In this document: positions 27,875 through 32,000 of the stretch, one piece after another
How positions within the stretch are numbered: the stretch's first letter is position 1
Layout: every line of letters starts with the position of its first letter
Source: Parasynechococcus marenigrum WH 8102
GTDB taxonomy: Bacteria > Cyanobacteriota > Cyanobacteriia > PCC-6307 > Cyanobiaceae
Direction: 5' to 3'
DNA: 32,000 bases
NCBI RefSeq assembly: GCF_000195975.1
Contig: NC_005070.1
Location: forward strand, 990,001-1,022,000
Notes under the pieces: generated by a model
Database searches by the model: none
What the model saw: the letters and a program-made list of their open reading frames with translations, nothing else
What the model was told of the DNA's origin: nothing
Made by a program: the position numbers and the translations under genes

Positions 27875-28267
27875 TCACAGGGCATTGCGCCGCCTGAGTC
27901 GTTTCAGCATGCGAGTGGTCAGCTGATCCCTTGACTGGCTCCCGTACTGCAGAAGGCGCATCTCCGAGGCCATCTGACGCATCTCCTTGAGGCTCATGGC
28001 CGCCAGCCTCAGCTCTGGAAGCGTCCTCCAGGCCCGTGCTCGCATCGGCAGGGTGTTCGGTCCACCGGCCTGACCGATGTTGATTGTGCCATCGGCCAGC
28101 CACTCAGGGATCAGCACCATCAACACGGCGATGAGTCCGTAAAGCTCCACCAGCCCCCTCGGGAGTGGATGAAGCCGGCGTCGATCCGTCGGGTCCGGCG
28201 GAGCGCTCACAGCGATCCTCGGTGGAGGTAATGCCCACACCTTGCCACTGACCCTTGGCGCATCCAA
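27875..28267 (-). CDS. Hypothetical protein with one hydrophobic helix and a C-terminal helix-extension-helix (SAP/Rho_N-like) motif
   Basis: 130-aa ORF in the minus-strand operon. It has a hydrophobic segment LVELYGLIAVLMVLIPEWL and a C-terminal LAAMSLKEMRQMASEMRLLQYGSQSRDQLTTRMLKRLRRR. The stop is 14 nt upstream of the tRNA-Pro 5' end. The start is uncertain. Confidence 0.5.
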   Translation of the reverse strand: MDAPRVSGKVWALPPPRIAVSAPPDPTDRRRLHPLPRGLVELYGLIAVLMVLIPEWLADGTINIGQAGGPNTLPMRARAWRTLPELRLAAMSLKEMRQMASEMRLLQYGSQSRDQLTTRMLKRLRRRNAL

Positions 28268-28277
28268 AGCGTGGTGG

Positions 28278-28433
28278 TCAGATTTGCAATGTCCTCGATG
28301 CCGGTGATGGAGGAGTCTCGCGCCAGAGCAGTTCAGGACCGCGGCTGGCCTCTGGGGTGCGGGTTGAAAAGACCAGACCGATCACCAGCAGCACCGTCAA
28401 ACTGATCGCGATCAGAACCTGCCGGTCTGTCAT
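28278..28433 (-). CDS. Candidate small membrane protein (51 aa)
   Basis: The ATG at 28433 follows the msrA stop after a single nt (TGA-G-ATG). MTDRQVLIAISLTVLLVIGLVFS forms one TM helix. It ends 10 nt before the next ORF start. This is the 3' part of track ORF 28278..28676, whose upstream part overlaps msrA. Confidence 0.35.
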   Translation of the reverse strand: MTDRQVLIAISLTVLLVIGLVFSTRTPEASRGPELLWRETPPSPASRTLQI

Positions 28434-28434
28434 C

Positions 28435-29145
28435 TCAAGCCATGCGGATCGGGGCATTGTCGCTGCGCAGTACACAGTGATTGATGCTCCAGTCGTAGGC
28501 CGCCCAGACCGTTGATGGAAGGCGGTAATTGTTCCCGTCGAAGTCACCCAGAACAGTCTGGGTCGGCATGGCCGAGCAGTAGGGACGACTGCCGGGTTTG
28601 GCGAGGTACTGCTGGTGATACGGCTCAGCGAAGGTAAAGGCCTGATCCGCCAGGATCTCCGTGGTGATCGGTCCATACCCCCTTTGATTCAGGGCGTCCT
28701 GATATGAGGTTCTGCTGGCCTGAGCCAGGCTCATCTGCTGATTCGTCGTGGTGTAAATCGCTGAGCGGTACTGGGTTCCTGTGTCGTTGCCCTGGCGGTT
28801 CCCCTGGGTGGGGTCATGGCATTCCCAGAACAGTTTCAGCAGATCACTGAAATCCACGGCTGGGGTGCTCCAGACCACCCGCACCACTTCGGTATGGCCT
28901 GTTGTCCCTGTGCACACCTCTTGATAGGTCGGGTTGGTGCGCTGACCACCGGCGTAACCCACGGCCGTGCTCACCACACCCGGAAGACGCCAGAACCCCT
29001 TTTCAGCGCCCCAGAAACATCCACAGGCAAAAAGGGCTTCCTCCTGGTCGCTCATCAGCGGTGCCCGCAGCGGGGTGCCAAGAACGGCATGCATCGCCTC
29101 TGTCGAGGACTCACCACCGCGTTGGGTCAGCCAGGAGGGGAGCAT
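28435..29145 (-). CDS. msrA: Peptide-methionine (S)-S-oxide reductase
   Basis: Catalytic [44 protein letters not shown] and AEPYHQQYL. The N-terminal [11 protein letters not shown] aligns with the E. coli long-form leader, which supports the 29145 start. Confidence 0.92.
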   Translation of the reverse strand: MLPSWLTQRGGESSTEAMHAVLGTPLRAPLMSDQEEALFACGCFWGAEKGFWRLPGVVSTAVGYAGGQRTNPTYQEVCTGTTGHTEVVRVVWSTPAVDFSDLLKLFWECHDPTQGNRQGNDTGTQYRSAIYTTTNQQMSLAQASRTSYQDALNQRGYGPITTEILADQAFTFAEPYHQQYLAKPGSRPYCSAMPTQTVLGDFDGNNYRLPSTVWAAYDWSINHCVLRSDNAPIRMA

Positions 29146-29169
29146 GAATGATCAGAGAGTTTCTCAACC

Positions 29170-29433
29170 CTAGGCAGGCTGATTGGTGCTCTGAACGGGT
29201 TCGAGCTGAATGTGGTTCAGCAGGGTGGTGACGAACGCAAACAGAAGAAAGGGAAGGCTCAGCACCAGAATCAGACCGACGCCCACGAGTGCGAAAATCG
29301 GCCGTGTTGAGCCCATCAGGGCCAGTCCCGCCGCAAGGCTCACGAAGATCACGGCCATCCAGGCCAGCACCTGGCCGTAGATGTCACCGAAGGTAAGCGT
29401 GCAGCGCATCGCCAGAGGTGAGCTGCTGGTCAT
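29170..29433 (-). CDS. Small hypothetical membrane protein (87 aa, two predicted TM helices)
   Basis: VLAWMAVIFVSLAAGLALM and IFALVGVGLILVLSLPFLLFAFVTTLL. It sits between the ABC exporter and msrA on the same strand, with gaps of 68 and 24 nt. Confidence 0.55.
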   Translation of the reverse strand: MTSSSPLAMRCTLTFGDIYGQVLAWMAVIFVSLAAGLALMGSTRPIFALVGVGLILVLSLPFLLFAFVTTLLNHIQLEPVQSTNQPA

Positions 29434-29501
29434 GGAAGGCTCCTGCGTTCAACCAGCTAAGCCGCTCAGACGGGGGTTGTCCGTCTCAGCTTCCAACTTC
29501 T

Positions 29502-31256
29502 TCAGGAAGCCATTCCCTCGAGTTGTTCGGCAGCCTGTTGCCGTTCCCACAGTCTTCGGTAAACCCCGGCCGTGGCGATCAAGGCGTTGTGGTGGCCCTG
29601 TTGCACGATCCGCCCGTTGTCCATCACCAAGATCCGGTCGCAGGCTGCAGCTGCCGAGAGTTGGTGGCTGATCATCACAATGGTGCGTCCCTCCTGGGAT
29701 CGGATCGAGTTCAGGATGGCGGCGGCGGTGTTGTTGTCCACGCTGGCCAGGGCATCGTCGAGAACAAGCACCGGAGCCGACACCAGCAGGGCGCGCCCCA
29801 GGGCAGTGCGTTGACGTTGCCCGCCGCTGAGCGTGATGCCCCGTTCGCCGACGATGGTGCTGAATCCATCCGGGAACCCTTTGACGTCATCCGACAGTCG
29901 GGCACGTTCGGCCGCTTGCTCGACCCGGTCATCTCCTGCCCTGGGTTCGCCGTAGCGAAGGTTGTCGGCGAGGGTGCTGGTGAACAGAAATCCCTCCTGG
30001 GGAACCATGGCCACTTCGCCTCGCAAATCCTTCAGGGGCAGGCGGTTGATGTCCACGCCATCCAGGAACAATTGGCCGTCCGGAACCGGCACCATCCGAC
30101 CGAAGGCACGGGCCAGGGTTGTTTTGCCGCAGCCCACAGCACCAACCACGGCCACCAGTTCGCCGGGTTCAATGCAGAAATCAAGGCCGTTCAGGGTGTC
30201 GCGCTCGGCTCCGTCGTAACGGATGCGCAAGCCGCGAGCTTCGAGTCGTCCGCGCCGCGGCTGTTCAACGTTGATCGGATCGTTGCCATCACGAATGGCA
30301 GGTTGTCGCTGGAGCAGCTCCTCCACCCGTTCCAGACTCACCTGGCCGGTTTGGAACGTGTTGAGCGTGAAGCCCAACAACGCAGTGGGAAAAACCAGCT
30401 GCTGCACATAGAAGACCAGGGCGACAAGCCCGCCGGTCGTGAGGCTGCCGTCGCTGAGCTTGCCGCTGCCTAGGGCCAGCAGCAACAGCAGGGAGATGGA
30501 GGAAAGCCCCTCCAACAAAGGGAAGAGCGTGCTTCGAGTCCGTGCCAGACGGATGGCGCTGTTTCGGTAACTGCGGTTGCGCTGGGAAAACGCCTGCTGC
30601 TCCGATGCTTCCTGGCCGTAGATCTTGATCGCTCCGATGCCGGAGAGGTCCTCCTGGATCAGATCGCTCAACCCAGACAGGTCCTCCTGTTGACGGCGTT
30701 GCTGCTTCATCATTCGGCCGCCGAACAGGCGCACCACCGTCAGCATCACGGGATAGGGACCAATGGCAGCCAGGGTCAGCGATGGATCAATCGTCAACAT
30801 CGCCGGCAGCGTCAGGCTGTAGGCCAGCAGGGTGTTGGTCAGGCTGAGAATGGCGAAGCCCAGCAGGCGGCGGATGTTCTCCACATCGCTGGTGGCCCGG
30901 TTGTTCACATCACCACTCCCCGTGGTCTGCACCCAGGCCGGTTCCTGCCGAAGCATGTGGTCGAACAGGCTCTGGCGGAGTTCGACCTCCACCTGGCGGC
31001 CGACACCGAACACAAGCTGCCGCGACAGCAACCGCACGGCACCCATGGTGGTGGCCAGCAGCACGATCCAGGCGGCCTGGCTCAGGACGCGGTCATAGGC
31101 GAAGCCGACCTGCAACTCATCGATGACCCGGCGCACCTCCATCGGGATCGTGACGCTGAGGACATTGACCACCACCAGGGCGATCGCGCCGAAGATGACG
31201 GTTTTGCGATGAGGGCGCAGGTAACGGCCGATCAGGTCCAGGCGCATGGCCGCCAT
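29502..31256 (-). CDS. ABC transporter, fused permease/ATP-binding protein (MsbA/multidrug-exporter type)
   Basis: N-terminal six-helix exporter domain. Walker A GAVGCGKTTL, signature LSGGQRQR, Walker B VLVLDDALASVD and H-loop ISHQL. Confidence 0.9.
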   Translation of the reverse strand: MAAMRLDLIGRYLRPHRKTVIFGAIALVVVNVLSVTIPMEVRRVIDELQVGFAYDRVLSQAAWIVLLATTMGAVRLLSRQLVFGVGRQVEVELRQSLFDHMLRQEPAWVQTTGSGDVNNRATSDVENIRRLLGFAILSLTNTLLAYSLTLPAMLTIDPSLTLAAIGPYPVMLTVVRLFGGRMMKQQRRQQEDLSGLSDLIQEDLSGIGAIKIYGQEASEQQAFSQRNRSYRNSAIRLARTRSTLFPLLEGLSSISLLLLLALGSGKLSDGSLTTGGLVALVFYVQQLVFPTALLGFTLNTFQTGQVSLERVEELLQRQPAIRDGNDPINVEQPRRGRLEARGLRIRYDGAERDTLNGLDFCIEPGELVAVVGAVGCGKTTLARAFGRMVPVPDGQLFLDGVDINRLPLKDLRGEVAMVPQEGFLFTSTLADNLRYGEPRAGDDRVEQAAERARLSDDVKGFPDGFSTIVGERGITLSGGQRQRTALGRALLVSAPVLVLDDALASVDNNTAAAILNSIRSQEGRTIVMISHQLSAAAACDRILVMDNGRIVQQGHHNALIATAGVYRRLWERQQAAEQLEGMAS

Positions 31257-31306
31257 GCGGTTTCCGATCAGGGCACGTCAACCTAGGTGGGTGTGGTACT
31301 CCACGG

Positions 31307-31630
31307 ATGTCTGATTCCCCGTCCGAGTCAACCCAGAGTCATCCTCTCCATGGGACCGACCGCGATTTGATCGATCGTCTGCTGGCCTGTGAAGCGCCTG
31401 GCGACGGTGAACTGACGGAACTAGCGCGTCTGCTGATTCGCTACGACGGCTTCCCCGGTGCTGAGGATCTGCAGCAGGACATGCAGCGGTTGCTGACCCT
31501 GTGGTCCCTCAGCCGGGACGAGCTCAACCATCAGGTGCGTGCGCTGTGGGCCGAGGGCTACCGCCCCGGTGCCGCAGCCTCTGACCCTGTGGGCTCCGGC
31601 TTCGACACCAGTGAGACCAGCGACGGCTGA
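31307..31630 (+). CDS. DUF3288-like conserved cyanobacterial protein
   Basis: HPLHGTDRDLIDRLL ... LTELARLLIRYDGFPGAEDLQQDMQRLLTLW matches my memory of the DUF3288 pattern. 107 aa. Confidence 0.65.
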   Translation: MSDSPSESTQSHPLHGTDRDLIDRLLACEAPGDGELTELARLLIRYDGFPGAEDLQQDMQRLLTLWSLSRDELNHQVRALWAEGYRPGAAASDPVGSGFDTSETSDG

Positions 31631-31670
31631 ATCTGGTCAGCTCAGCACTTCGTGGGGATAGTGGGTGCCC

Positions 31671-32000
31671 ATGGGCTCATTCCGCTGCATGTCACCTGCC
31701 TCTCCTTCATGGTCCGGTCTGCTGGAGCTGCTGTTGTGCGGTGAAAGCCTGTCCGCTGCACAGGCGACGGACCTGATGCAGGCCTGGCTGTCCGAGTCCC
31801 TGACCCCTGTTCAGACCGGTGCCTTTCTGGCCGGTCTCCGGGCCAAGGGGATGGAGGCCGAGGAGCTGGCGGCGATGGCGGCGGTGCTGCGTGAGGCTTG
31901 TCCATTGCCCTGTGCCCGCCCCGATCGGTTTTTGGTGGACACCTGCGGCACGGGCGGCGATGGTGCCGACACCTTCAACATCTCCACCGCCGTTGCCTTC
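31671..32000 (+). CDS. trpD: Anthranilate phosphoribosyltransferase, N-terminal part; runs off the right edge
   Basis: Frame 3 is open from 31662 to the window end. It reads [29 protein letters not shown] ... [22 protein letters not shown] ... [21 protein letters not shown], the canonical GTGGDG..NIST motif. Start candidates are ATG 31671, ATG 31689 and GTG 31665. This ORF is not in the supplied track because it has no stop within the window. Confidence 0.9.
   Translation, partial: MGSFRCMSPASPSWSGLLELLLCGESLSAAQATDLMQAWLSESLTPVQTGAFLAGLRAKGMEAEELAAMAAVLREACPLPCARPDRFLVDTCGTGGDGADTFNISTAVAF

Noticed and set aside
28434-28676. Upstream two-thirds of track ORF 28278..28676
   Set aside because: It overlaps msrA in another frame with a Pro/Ser/Arg-rich translation. 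Only the part after the internal ATG at 28433, downstream of the msrA stop, is kept as a low-confidence small ORF.
29464-29490. Hairpin AGACGG-N7-CCGTCT between the ABC exporter stop and the 87-aa ORF
   Set aside because: The stem is only 6 bp, with a mismatch-flanked extension and no U-tract on the transcribed (minus) strand. It is not a convincing terminator or known regulatory element, though it may be a minor processing or stability hairpin.
31642-31905. 87-aa minus-strand ORF near the right edge
   Set aside because: It is antisense to the trpD 5' region, which carries the canonical GTGGDG motif further on. The translation is Pro/Arg/Ser-rich low complexity.

Overview
The window looks like a high-GC (roughly 60% by eye, not computed) marine picocyanobacterial chromosome segment, resembling Synechococcus subcluster 5.1. 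That assignment is inferred from gene content, especially the pstS-ptrA pair and several cyanobacteria/plastid-lineage DUF genes. It is almost wall-to-wall coding and mostly core housekeeping.

Gene order, left to right:
- The 3' part of a FAD-dependent oxidoreductase, coupled to a type III polyketide synthase.
- DUF4336, DUF760 and lepB.
- A plus-strand run: menD-menB, an L,D-transpeptidase, glgA, a Pro-rich membrane protein and murF.
- A minus-strand run: ubiD, aroA, an mnmC2-like methyltransferase and glmU.
- A comB-like phosphatase, a nitrilase-superfamily hydrolase, amiC-murI and solanesyl-diphosphate synthase.
- A HAD hydrolase, acs, DUF1350 and bcp.
- A DEDDh exonuclease and a small basic ORF.
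- A phosphate-stress module: pstS with a Pho box and tandem terminators, then the CRP-family regulator ptrA with its own Pho-box-like repeats.
- tRNA-Pro(GGG).
- A minus-strand operon: ABC exporter, an 87-aa membrane protein, msrA, a 51-aa ORF and a 130-aa protein.
- DUF3288 and the 5' part of trpD.

I found no CRISPR array, transposase, integrase, rRNA, long DNA repeat or defence-island hallmark. I do not see convincing evidence for a novel multi-gene system.

The items most worth a second look are:
- the type III PKS/FAD-oxidoreductase cassette, which is cut by the left edge;
- the small membrane ORFs tightly coupled around msrA;
- the dual Pho-box layout of pstS and ptrA, with an upstream CRP/FNR-geometry palindrome and a small basic ORF;
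- a menD that needs a non-AUG start a few tens of bp from the divergent lepB start;
- the near-total lack of intergenic space at convergent and divergent gene junctions.

Many long ORFs in the track are antisense shadows of GC3-rich genes and are rejected.
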